Below, in pieces: positions 23,466 through 35,305 of a stretch of DNA of 64,000 nt. Positions within the stretch are counted from its first letter, which is position 1. The number at the start of each line of letters is the position of its first letter. The notes below the pieces were generated by a model that saw only the letters and a list, made by a program, of their open reading frames with translations, was not told where the DNA came from and did no database searches. Origin of the DNA: Phyllobates terribilis (Eukaryota); the NCBI RefSeq assembly GCF_046119375.1, contig NW_027362770.1, positions 194,618,001 through 194,682,000 of the forward strand, in the 5' to 3' direction. Both the position numbers and the translations under genes were made by a program.

Positions 23466-24402
23466 CATGCGGCTACTGTCGGGAGATCAGCGGCTAGGGT
23501 GTGAAGGGAGGACCGGGGAGCGGCGCTGCGGGTCGGGATACTTCTGCTGCGAGCAGTCGCTCATCTCCCGGCTTCTCGCAGCGGAAGTAGCCGCACAGGC
23601 AGCGGCGCTCCCCGGTCCTCACCAATACGATTCACTGATTGATCGCGGTCTCTGCACCCGGCCAATCAGTGATTTTGGCGCAAAATTTAAACAAAGCGGT
23701 GCTGATTGGTCGCGGCCGCTGCCCGCGACCAATCACCGATTTTGGCGCCACATTTAAATAGTGGCCGCGACCAATCACCGATCTTGGCGCCACATTTAAA
23801 CACTGCTGTGCTGATTGGTCGCGGTTGCCAGCCGCGACAAATCAGCGAGATTGGCGCCAAATTTGAGCAACGCTCTGCTGATTGGTCGCGACCGCCAGCC
23901 GCGACCAATCAGCGATATGGGCGCCAAATTTAAACCCCGCTCTGCTGATTGGTCACGGTCACGACCAATCAGCAGTATTGGCGCCAAATTGAAACCTCGC
24001 TCTGCTGATTATTCGCAACCACCGGCCGTGACCAATCAGCGATATTGGCGCCAAATTTAAACACCGCTTCGCTAATTGGCCGCGGTGGCCGGCCGCGACC
24101 AATCAGCGATATTGCCGCCAAATTTAAACACCGCTATGCTGATTGGTCGCGGTTACCGGTCACGAATAATCAGCATTATTGAAGCCACTTTTAAACACCG
24201 CTCTGTTGATGGGTCGCGGCCGTGACCAATCACCATTATTGGCGCCAAATGTAAATACCGCTCTGCTGATTTGCCGCGACCACCGGCCGCAACCATTCAG
24301 CATTATTGGCGCCAAATTTAAACAATGTTCTGCTGATTGTGCCCGGTCGGCCGCATACATATTCTAGACTAACCGGTGCGTTAGAATCGGGCCACCATCT
24401 AG
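23466..24402 (+). mobile_element. Non-autonomous Helitron (5' end lost) with internal palindromic ~67-bp array
   Basis: Ends in a hairpin-like GC segment followed by CTAG|T at 24399-24403. Homologous to 63516-64000, which has the A|TC 5' end. Confidence 0.65.
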
Positions 24403-24747
24403 TAAATCTAATAAGCGTGTAGCATGTACCTGTATAGGCGCCAGCTTAACTGCCACGAGGATGCGCCCACAATGCGCGTTTCAGCATCTGCTTTCGTAGG
24501 GAGTGTACAGCACACTATGGAGTATGGGGGGATATAAAGCACTGTACGGGGGGTATATATATTTGTCGCTGGTGTGAATTTCAAAATATACTTTGCCTGT
24601 AGTCACTGTATATACATCCAGTCTGAGCTGCGGTGTCTGTGCTCCACACTATGCCACCATGTGGAAGGTGAGGACGGTGCAGGCACACAGGGTCGCTCTG
24701 CAGTGGTGTCATCAGGAGCCGCTGCTAGAGGAGCAGCATCTGCCCAC

Positions 24748-25353
24748 ATTATTATTATAGCGCCATTTATTCCATGGCGCTTTACATGTGATAGGGATAT
24801 ACATAACAAAAGCATTTACATAATCTTAACAAAACGAGTCAGTGACTGGTACAGGAGGAGCGAGGACCCTGCCCGCGAGGGCTCACAGTCTACAAGGGAT
24901 GGGTGAGGATACAGTAGGTGAGGGTAGAGCTGGTCATGCAGCGGTATGGTGGAGCGAGGACCCTGCCCGCGAGGGCTCACAGTCTACAAGGGATGGGTGA
25001 GGATACAGTAGGTGAGGGTAGAGCTGGTCATGCAGCGGTATGGTGGAGCGAGGACCCTGCCCGCGAGGGCTCACAGTCTACAAGGGATGGGTGAGGATAC
25101 AGTAGGTGAGGGTAGAGCTGGTCGTGCAGCGGTATGGTGGAGCGAGGACCCTGCCCGCGAGGGCTCACAGTCTACAAGGGATGGGTGAGGATACAGTAGG
25201 TGAGGGTAGAGCTGGTCGTGCAGCGGTATGGTGGAGCGAGGACCCTGCCCACGAGGGCTCCGTCTACAAGGGATGGGTGAGGATACAGTAGGTGAGGGCA
25301 GAGCTGGTCGTGCAGCGGTGGTTACTGCAGGTTGTAGGCTTGTCAGAAGAGGT
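24748..25353 (-). mobile_element. L2-type LINE 3' end with ~5 copies of a 94-bp internal tandem repeat (24857-25320)
   Basis: Minus strand reads HLF*QAYNLQ*, then TAGACTGTGAGCCCTCGCGGGCAGGG, then tail TGTAAAGCGCCATGGAATAAATGGCGCTATAATAATAAT. Confidence 0.75.
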
Positions 25354-25910
25354 ACATTATACTCATCTAATGCCCCGCACCCATCACCGGCCCAAAGTCC
25401 CCCGATGCAAGGACACGGAAAAGCGGCTTTATTATCAGCACCTCCGACTACAGGGCATGGAGATCGGGGGAGAGGATGGTGGGAGAGAGCAGACCGTGGA
25501 GAGTCAGACACAAAAACAGCGCGAGTAACACTGGATCATAAACCTGATTAGTGCAGAGGATTATACCCACTGTGCCAAGCACTAATAGGAGAGAACTATA
25601 CACACTGTGCCAACACACTGATAGCAGGGATTATACCCACTTGTACAAAGCATGAATAGCGGGTTGAAAAAGTGTGCATAACACCTTATAATAGTGCTTG
25701 GCACAGTGGGTATAATCCCTGCTATTAGTTGGTTGGCACAGTGGAAAAAATCATCTTCGATTACCTGGTTGGAGCAGTGGGTATAATAATTTATAGTAGC
25801 AGAGGATTATACCCACAGTATCAACCAACTAATAGTGGGTATAATCGTCTGCTATTAGTTGGTTGACACTGTGGGAATAATCATCTGCTGTGCCAACCCA
25901 CTAACAGCAT

Positions 25911-27496
25911 GGATTATACCCACTGTGCCAAGCACTAATAGCAGAGGATTATACCCATTGTGCCAAGCACTAATAGCAGGGGATTATACCCACTGTGCCA
26001 AGCACTAATAGTAGAGGATTATACCCACTGCGCCAAGCACTAATAGCAGGGGATTATACCCACTGCGTCAAGCACTAATACCAGGGGATTATACCCACTG
26101 CATCAAGCACTAATAGCAGGGGATTATACCCACTGCGCCAAGCACTAATAGCAGAGGATTATACCCACTGCGCCAAGCACTAATAGCAGGGGATTATACC
26201 CACTGCGTCAAGCACTAATAGCAGAGGATTATACCCACTGCGCCAAGCACTAATAGCAGGGGATTATACCCACTGCGCCAAGCACTAATAGCAGGGGATT
26301 ATACCCACTGCGCCAAGCACTAATAGCAGGGGATTATACCCACTGCGTCAAGCACTAATACCAGGGGATTATACCCACTGCATCAAGCACTAATAGCAGG
26401 GGATTATACCCACTGTGCCAAGCACTAATAGCAGAGGATTATACCCACTGCGCCAAGCACTAATAGCAGGGGATTATACCCACTGCGTCAAGCACTAATA
26501 GCAGAGGATTATACCCACTGCGCCAAGCACTAATAGCAGGGGATTATACCCACTGCGCCAAGCACTAATAGCAGAGGATTATACCCACTGCGCCAAGCAC
26601 TAATAGCAGGGGATTATACCCACTGCGCCAAGCACTAATAGCAGGGGATTATACCCACTGTGCCAAGTACTAATAGCAGAGAATTATACCCACTGTGCCA
26701 AGCACTAATAGCAGGGGATTATACCCACTGTGCCAAGCACTAATAGCAGAGGATTATACCCACTGCGCCAAGCACTAATAGCAGGGGATTATACCCACTG
26801 CGTCAAGCACTAATACCAGGGGATTATACCCACTGCATCAAGCACTAATAGCAGGGGATTATACCCACTGTGCCAAGCACTAATAGCAGAGGATTATACC
26901 CACTGCGCCAAGCACTAATAGCAGGGGATTATACCCACTGCGTCAAGCACTAATAGCAGAGGATTATACCCACTGCGCCAAGCACTAATAGCAGGGGATT
27001 ATACCCACTGCGCCAAGCACTAATAGCAGAGGATTATACCCACTGCGCCAAGCACTAATAGCAGGGGATTATACCCACTGCGTCAAGCACTAATACCAGG
27101 GGATTATACCCACTGCATCAAGCACTAATAGCAGGGGATTATACCCACTGTGCCAAGCACTAATAGCAGAGGATTATACCCACTGCGCCAAGCACTAATA
27201 GCAGGGGATTATACCCACTGCGTCAAGCACTAATAGCAGAGGATTATACCCACTGCGCCAAGCACTAATAGCAGGGGATTATACCCACTGCGCCAAGCAC
27301 TAATAGCAGAGGATTATACCCACTGCGCCAAGCACTAATAGCAGGGGATTATACCCACTGCGCCAAGCACTAATAGCAGGGGATTATACCCACTGTGCCA
27401 AGTACTAATAGCAGAGAATTATACCCACTGTGCCAAGCACTAATAGCAGGGGATTATACCCACTGTGCCAAGCACTAATAGCAGAGGATTATACCC
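25911..27496. repeat. 35-bp tandem array, ~45 copies, preceded by degenerate forward and inverted units (25545-25910)
   Basis: Unit GGATTATACCCACTG(C/T)GCCAAGCACTAATAGCAG(G/A). Confidence 0.95.
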
Positions 27497-27708
27497 CATT
27501 TCCCGCTGATTTCCTCTGATGTCACACACCCTTTGCTCTCCAGACCGGTGGAGGCGTCTGATCGATGATGATCTCCCAGAGATTGATCTATTTCCAGCCT
27601 GAATCTCCCGCTGTCATTATTGGAGCAGACAGGATCTCGTGTCTCCGAGCAGCAGCGGCGCCGAGATGAGGAATTCTGCTGAATCTTCTCTCAACATAAT
27701 AAAGAGAA

Positions 27709-28241
<533 letters not shown>

Positions 28242-28267
28242 TGCTTCTGCCCCATTCTCACCCCAAA

Positions 28268-28283
28268 AGCTCTTATCAGAGCC
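28268..28283 (+). terminator. Histone 3' stem-loop of H4 (variant)
   Basis: CCCCAAA-AGCTCT-TATC-AGAGCC-GCCAC; first stem G replaced by A. Confidence 0.85.
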
Positions 28284-29134
28284 GCCACATCTACTATGGA
28301 GAAGCTACAATTCCTGGTATTGGATGAATGCGGTAATGAGGTGACGGGATCTCGGGTCTGGAGCAGGAGGAGCCGCAGTGTTAGATCCTCTCCCTGCAGC
28401 ATCACTGTCAGGTGCTCGGGACGGAGGGGACAGGTCTCTAATATCCGCTCAGTGATGGGGGCTGTAGGTGGTGGGTATACAGGGGTCTGGTGTCCGGAGG
28501 AGCCGGGAGCTCCCATATCATTTCTGAAGAACTTCTCTGTATACAGTGGAGTGAAGATCAGTAACTGCCGGCTCCTCTCATTACTATCGGGGGGCTCCTG
28601 GATGTGTCCAGTGTCTGCGCCTCACTACTACCACCCTCATCATCCAGCACCGTCTACATGTGGTTACAGTGTGGATTCTGGAGGATCTATAGGATCCTGA
28701 CATCAGTGTAATGTGCGGCCGGAGCTACAGCCGGCAGCGATCTCCTGGGCTCGGTCTGATGGATGAAGCCGATCACATCCCGCTCCTCCCCGCAGCCGGT
28801 ATTATAGGAGCGGATACTGCGCCACTAATCCGGGGATCAGACCCCTGGGGGGGAGAAGAGCGGCCGCCGATCACTGAACACGAGCGGATCGTCCGATGTA
28901 ATACCGCTGTTACACAGACAGTAAACTATCAGTCTAAGCGGGAAATTCAATTTAAGAGTTCAGCCAATCAGCACTTAGCACAAATCTATAGCTCCGCCCA
29001 CAGGCGGCTCCAGGTTACAGCCACCATCTTTTAACCATTTAGTGTCTGATATTCTCGCTGCTGTTCTCCATTATCAGTCATTTCCTATTTACCAGTAACC
29101 GGAACAATCAGAGGAAAGGTCTAACAGAAAGAAG

Positions 29135-29435
29135 CAGTGCCGTAACTATAAACTTCGAGGCCCTGGGGCAAAAATTTATCGTGGGGCCCCTCAACATTTC
29201 AATCACTAGAGGTTGTGTGGAATGTGGTGAAGCCTGCTGCGCATTGTTGTATACGACTCACAGGCTTCACCACGTTCCGCAAGACCTTTAATAGATTTTG
29301 TTTATGATGCAAGTTTTAGAAGTTAAATATTCAGTGAATATGTTTAGAAAAATGTTTACTATCAGTTTGGGGCCCCTTGGCTGGTTGGGGCCCCGGGGCA
29401 GTGCCCCAGCTGCCCCGTTTCTAGTTACGGCCCTG
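29135..29435. mobile_element. hAT-type MITE
   Basis: TIRs CAGTGCCGTAACTA / TAGTTACGGCCCTG; 8-bp TSD GAAAGAAG / GAAACAAG (7/8). Confidence 0.75.
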
Positions 29436-30249
29436 GAAACAAGTCACCAATTCTGCATTTATCACCCACTCCAGAGAAAAAATACTGATAGTGGGGCCGT
29501 GGCCTCACAAAAAGTGCTGGATATCCCCATATAGTGATGTCCAACATAGTGCTCTTACCTACATATATTGCTGTATACCACCATATGGTGCTGAATGCCT
29601 CCATAGAGCGCATTATACACACCATGTAGTGCTGTAAAACCCTTGTAGTGCAGTATACCGCCACATACTGCTGTAAATTCTATTTAAGGCTGTATATCTC
29701 CACATGCTGCAGTATTCCCCAGTATAGCGCTGTATCCATCAATATAGTGCTGTTCACCCCATATAGGGTTGTGTACACCCCAGATATTGCTGCAAACCCG
29801 ACATCTGTATATAGCTGCTGTATTCACCATACAGTGCTGGATACTAATTGTATAGCCATATAATGCTCCAAACACCCATATTGTGCCTTCAAATAGCACT
29901 GTGTATCTCCATATACGGTAATTCTATATACCCTTCGGTGCAATTCTCTCTTTGACGTCCTCTCTGTGACAACCGATCGTAGACGCCAGCGACCTCCTCC
30001 TCTGAGACCAGGACCGATCTAAAGATCAACACTTACATGATCTTCTGTTCCTTCTGGAGCTTTTCTTGTATGTGACTACAATATCTGCTGGAGATTATCG
30101 CCCTGCGATTGTTGGCCGATATGTCATATTTTATCTTCATAATGAAAGAGTCTGTTTTATGGGATTGTTTCCCTTGATATTCACTAAAGTGGACCCCCAT
30201 ACGCTGTGTGTATATATGTACAGTATATATATATATATAAATACACACA

Positions 30250-31250
30250 CATCTCTGGCAAAAATAAGAAACCCCAGCAAAATTTTAGTTTTCTCTGATT
30301 TTTCTCTTTACTGGTATATTTTTCAGTAAAATGTACATTGTTGTTTTATTCTATAAACTACTGACAACTTGTTTCCGAAATTCAAAACTAAAAATGTTGT
30401 ATTTATTTGCAGCAAATGAGAAATCATCAAAATAATGAAAAAGAAGCAGAGGAGCAGAGAGCCAGTGCTTTCAGACCGCAAAGAAAACAAGTTCTTATTC
30501 ATTTAGAAACAACAATCCTCATGTTATAACTCAGGAAGAGTTCAGAAATCAATATTTGGTGGAATAACCATGATTTTTAATCCCAGCTTTCATGCGTCTT
30601 GGCTGCTTTCCACCAGTCTTCCACACTGCTTTTGGGTGACCATTTGCCACTCCTGGCACAAACATTTCATCAGTTCTTCTTTGTTTGATGGCTTGTGACC
30701 TTCCATCTTCCTCTTGATTACATTCCAGAGGTTTTCAATGGGGTTCAGGTCTGGAGATTGGGCGGCCATGACAGGGTCTTGATGTGGTCCTCCTTCATCC
30801 ACACATTGATTGACCTAGCTGTGTGGCATGGGGCAATGTCCTCACAGTTGGGGAACATTGCCTGAGCAGAAGGAAGCAAGTGTTTTTCAAGGATAACCTT
30901 GTCTGCGGCTTGATTCATACGTCCTTCGCCCAATTCCAGCCTTGGTGAAGCATCCCCAGATCATCACCGATCTTCCACCAAATTTCACAGTGGGTGCAAG
31001 ACACTGTGGCTTGTATGCCTCTCCAGGTCTCCGTCAAACCATTAGAAGACCAGGTGTTGGGCAAAGCTGAAAATTAGACTCATCAGAGAAGATGACCTTA
31101 CTCCAGTCCTCTATGGTCCAATCCTTATGGTCTTAGACAAACTTCAGCCTGGCTCTCCTTTGCTTCTCATTGATGAAAGGCTATTTTCTAGCTTTACATG
31201 ACTTGAGGCCTCTAGGAGCCCGTTACCAACTGTTCTTGCCGTGCACTTCA
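30250..31250 (-). mobile_element. Tc1/mariner remnant, truncated by the adjacent minisatellite
   Basis: Minus strand VIFSDESNF, FGGRSVMIWGCF and SPDLNPIENLW. TIR-like end CATCTCTGGCAAAAATAAG at 30250. Confidence 0.85.
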
Positions 31251-31932
31251 CCCATACACTGCACACACTGGATATATATATAACAGGAGAGGAGCTGCAA
31301 GGAGAGGAGCCGTCTGTGTCCCCCCCATACACTGCACACACTGGATATATATATATATAACAGGAGAGGAGCTGCAGGGAGCGGAGCCGTCTGTGTCCCC
31401 CATACACTAAACACACTGGATATATATATATATAACAGGAGAGGAGCTGCAGGGAGCGGAGCCGCCTGTGTCCCCCATACACTGCACACACTGGATATAT
31501 ATATAACAGGAGAGGAGCTGCAGGGAGCGGAGCCGCCTGTGTCCCCCATACACTGCACACACTGGATATATATATAACAGGAGAGGAGCTGCAGGGAGAG
31601 GAGCCGTCTGTGTCTCCCATACACTGCACACACTGGATATATATATATATAACAGGAGAGGAGCTGCAGGGAGCGGAGCCGCTTGTGTCCCCCATACACT
31701 GGACACACTGGATATATATATATATATATATATAATAGGAGAGGAGCTGCAGGGAGCGGAGCCGCCTGTGTCCCCCATACACCGCACACACTGGATATAT
31801 ATAACAGGAGAGGAGCTGCAGGGAGAGGAGCCGCCTGTGTCCCCCATACACTGCACACACTGGATATATATATAACAGGAGAGGAGCTGCAGGGAGAGGA
31901 GCCGTCTGTGTCTCCCATATACTGCACACACT

Positions 31933-31968
<36 letters not shown>

Positions 31969-32625
31969 CAGGAGAGGAGCTGCAGGGAGCGGAGCCGCCT
32001 GTGTCCCCCATACACTGCACACACTGGATATATATATATATATATAATAGGAGAGGAGCTGCAGGGAGAGGAGCCGTCTGTGTCTCCCATATACTGCACA
32101 CACTGGATATATATATATATATATATATATAACAGGAGAGGAGCTGCAGGGAGCGGAGCCGCCTGTGTCCCCCATACACTGCACACACTGGATATATATA
32201 TAACAGGAGAGGAGCTGCAGGGAGCGGAGCCGCCTGTGTCCCCCATACACTGCACACACTGGATATATATATAACAGGAGAGGAGCTGCAGGGAGAGGAG
32301 CCGTCTGTGTCTCCCATACACTGCACACACTGGATATATATATATAACAGGAGAGGAGCTGCAGGGAGCGGAGCCGCTTGTGTCCCCCATACACTGTACA
32401 CACTGGATATATATATATATATATAATAGGAGAGGAGCTGCAGGGAGCGGAGCCGCCTGTGTCCCCCATACACTGCACACACTGGATATATATATAACAG
32501 GAGAGGAGCTGCAGGGAGAGGAGCCGCCTGTGTCCCCCATACACTGCACACACTGGATATATATATAACAGGAGAGGAGCTGCAGGGAGAGGAGCCGTCT
32601 GTGTCTCCCATATACTGCACACACT

Positions 32626-32669
<44 letters not shown>

Positions 32670-33504
32670 CAGGAGAGGAGCTGCAGGGAGCGGAGCCGCC
32701 TGTGTCCCCCATACACTGGATATATATATAACAGGAGAGGAGCTGCAGGGAGCGGAGCCGCCTGTGTCCCCCATACACTGCACACACTGGATATATATAT
32801 AACAGGAGAGGAGCTGCAGGGAGAGGAGCCGTCTGTGTCTCCCATACACTGCACACACTGGATATATATAACAGGAGAGGAGCTGCAGGGAGCGGAGCCG
32901 CCTGTGTCCCCCATACACTGCACACACTGGATATATATATATATATATATATATAATAGGAGAGGAGCTGCAGGGAGAGGAGCCGTCTGTGTCTCCCATA
33001 CACTGCACACACTGGATATATATAACAGGAGAGGAGCTGCAGGGAGAGGAGCCGCCTGTGTCCCCCATACACTGCACACACTGGATATATATAGCAGGAG
33101 AGGAGCTGCAGGGAGCAGAGCCGCCTGTGTCCCCCATACACTGCACACACTGGATATATATATAATAGGAGAGGAGCTGCAGGGAGCGGAGCCGTCTGTG
33201 TCCCTCATACACTGCACACACCGGATATATATATAACAGGAGAGGAGTTGCAGGGAGCGGAGCCGCCTGTGTCCCCCATACACTGCACACACTGGATATA
33301 TATATAACAGGAGAGGAGCTGCAGGGAGAGGAGCCGTCTGTGTCTCCCATACACTGCACACACTGGATATATATATAACAGGAGAGGAGCTGCAGGGAGA
33401 GGAGCCGTCTGTGTCTCCCATACACTGCACACACTGGATATATATAACAGGAGAGGAGCTGCAGGGAGCGGAGCCGCCTGTGTCCCCCATACACTGCACA
33501 CACT

Positions 33505-33550
<46 letters not shown>

Positions 33551-34097
33551 GGAGAGGAGCTGCAGGGAGAGGAGCCGTCTGTGTCTCCCATACACTGCAC
33601 ACACTGGATATATATAACAGGAGAGGAGCTGCAGGGAGCGGAGCCGCCTGTGTCCCCCATACACTGCACACACTGGATATATATATATATATATATATAT
33701 ATAATAGGAGAGGAGCTGCAGGAAGAGGAGCCGTCTGTGTCTCCCATACACTGCACACACTGGATATATATAACAGGAGAGGAGCTGCAGGGAGAGGAGC
33801 CGCCTGTGTCCCCCATACACTGCACACACTGGATAAAATAGCTTGAGAGGAGCTGCAGGGAGAGGAGCCGTCTGTGTCTCCCATATACTGCACACACTGG
33901 ATATATATATAACAGGAGAGGAGCTGCAGGGAGAGGAGCCGCCTGTGTCCCTCATACACTGCACACACTGGATATATATATAACAGGAGAGGAGCTGCAG
34001 GGAGAGGAGCCGCCTGTGTCCCTCATACACTGCACACACTGGATATATATATAACAGGAGAGGAGCTGCAGGGAGCGGAGCCGCCGTCTGTGTCTCC
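31251..34097. repeat. Compound minisatellite: 60-bp core plus variable (AT)n, ~38 units
   Basis: Core ACAGGAGAGGAGCTGCAGGGAG(C/A)GGAGCCG(C/T)CTGTGTC(C/T)CCCATACACTGCACACACTGG separated by roughly 4 to >20 AT repeats. Confidence 0.95.
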
Positions 34098-34460
34098 TTC
34101 CGGCCTCTCAGCAGATCCAGGTCGTCCTCACATCGTACAATCAGCTTCCTGCACGACACAGATCGGGGTACAGATCCCGGTGATGGTGACCGGTGCCGGG
34201 AATAGAAGGAACGAGCTCCCGCAGCAGTTTTATCTCCGCAGATACACAGTGAGGTGCAGCCCGGAGGACTATGGGGAGATCTCGGCTCCTTCCTGCCTCC
34301 TCCTCCGCCAGTGACGGCTGTAGACATGTAGGGGAGATGTCAGGGAGGAGGAGGACACGGAGGAAGCGCGCTCTGCTGCCCGGTCCTGGCCGGTAATGGG
34401 CTCTTATCCCGGGCAGGGAAGCACAAGGGAGAGCGGAGCTTCACTCTGCTCAGACATGAG

Positions 34461-34544
34461 GGGGCGGGGCCTGTGTCCAGTGTCAGCCAATAGAAGCTCA
34501 GGAGGAGGCAGCCAATCAGTGCGCAGTGTGACTGTACATATAAG
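34461..34544 (+). promoter_or_regulatory. H1 promoter
   Basis: GC box GGGGCGGGGC 34461, CCAAT 34487 and 34512, TATAA 34539. Confidence 0.8.
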
Positions 34545-34612
34545 AGGCGCCTCCAGCTCCCTCCTCAGTGTTTTTCTTCCAGGAGATTCTTGTGTCAGTT
34601 CCTCATAACACG

Positions 34613-35260
34613 ATGGCAGAAACCGCGCCAGCCGCCGCTCCTCCCGCCGAACTGGCCACCAAAGCCAAGAAGCAGCCGAAGAAATCCTCCACAGGGGCCG
34701 CCAAGAAGAGCAAGAAACCCTCCGGTCCCAGCGTGTCCGAGCTGATCGTCAAAGCCGTGTCCGCCTCTAAGGAGCGCAGCGGGGTGTCTCTGGCCGCTCT
34801 GAAGAAGGCTCTGACTGCCGGCGGGTACGATGTGGAGAAGAATAACAGCCGCCTGAAGCTGGCCGTCAGGTCTCTGGTCACCAAGGGCTCCCTGCTCCAG
34901 GTGAAGGGAAGTGGCGCCTCCGGATCCTTCAAGCTGAACAAGAAGCAGGAGACGAAGGACAAGCCGGCCAAGAAGAAGCCGGCGGCTGCGACCAAACCCA
35001 AGAAACCTACAGCCAAGAAAGCGGCCAAATCCCCGAAGAAGCCCCAAAAAGCTCCCACTGCAGCCAAGAAAAGCCCGAAAAAGTCCAAGAAGCCAGCAGC
35101 CGCGGCTAAGAAAGCAGCCAAGAGCCCCAAGAAGCCGAAGGCCGCTGCGCAGCCCAAGAAGGTGACGAAGAGCCCGGCTAAGAAGGCGGCCAAACCCAAA
35201 GCTGCCAAGAGCCCGGCTAAGAAGGTGACTAAAGCCAAGAAGCCCGCGGCCAAGAAATAA
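34613..35260 (+). CDS. H1: Linker histone H1, replication-dependent somatic type, 215 aa
   Basis: [14 protein letters not shown]-tail, globular domain [28 protein letters not shown]...[10 protein letters not shown], Lys/Ala/Pro C-tail with SPKK motifs. True ATG is 34613; the ORF track starts at an upstream GTG. Confidence 0.97.
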   Translation: MAETAPAAAPPAELATKAKKQPKKSSTGAAKKSKKPSGPSVSELIVKAVSASKERSGVSLAALKKALTAGGYDVEKNNSRLKLAVRSLVTKGSLLQVKGSGASGSFKLNKKQETKDKPAKKKPAAATKPKKPTAKKAAKSPKKPQKAPTAAKKSPKKSKKPAAAAKKAAKSPKKPKAAAQPKKVTKSPAKKAAKPKAAKSPAKKVTKAKKPAAKK

Positions 35261-35289
35261 GCGCAGCCGCTCTGTCCTCCTACCACAAA

Positions 35290-35305
35290 GGCTCTTATCA
35301 GAGCC
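35290..35305 (+). terminator. Histone 3' stem-loop of H1, with HDE AGAGCTGTA ~17 nt downstream
   Basis: CACAAA-GGCTCT-TATC-AGAGCC-ACCAC. Confidence 0.9.

Noticed and set aside
30033-30248. 71-aa ORF with a nearby GTAAGT donor
   Set aside because: It begins in an AT microsatellite and has no recognisable homology (not KRAB-like).
31144-34327. Three very long minus-strand ORFs (668-1034 aa)
   Set aside because: They are translations of the compound minisatellite, which lacks stops on that strand. The YIYI runs come from (AT)n, and frames shift with repeat length.
34568-34612. 15-codon N-terminal extension of H1 in the ORF track
   Set aside because: It starts at GTG just after the TATA box; the conserved H1 start is ATG 34613.
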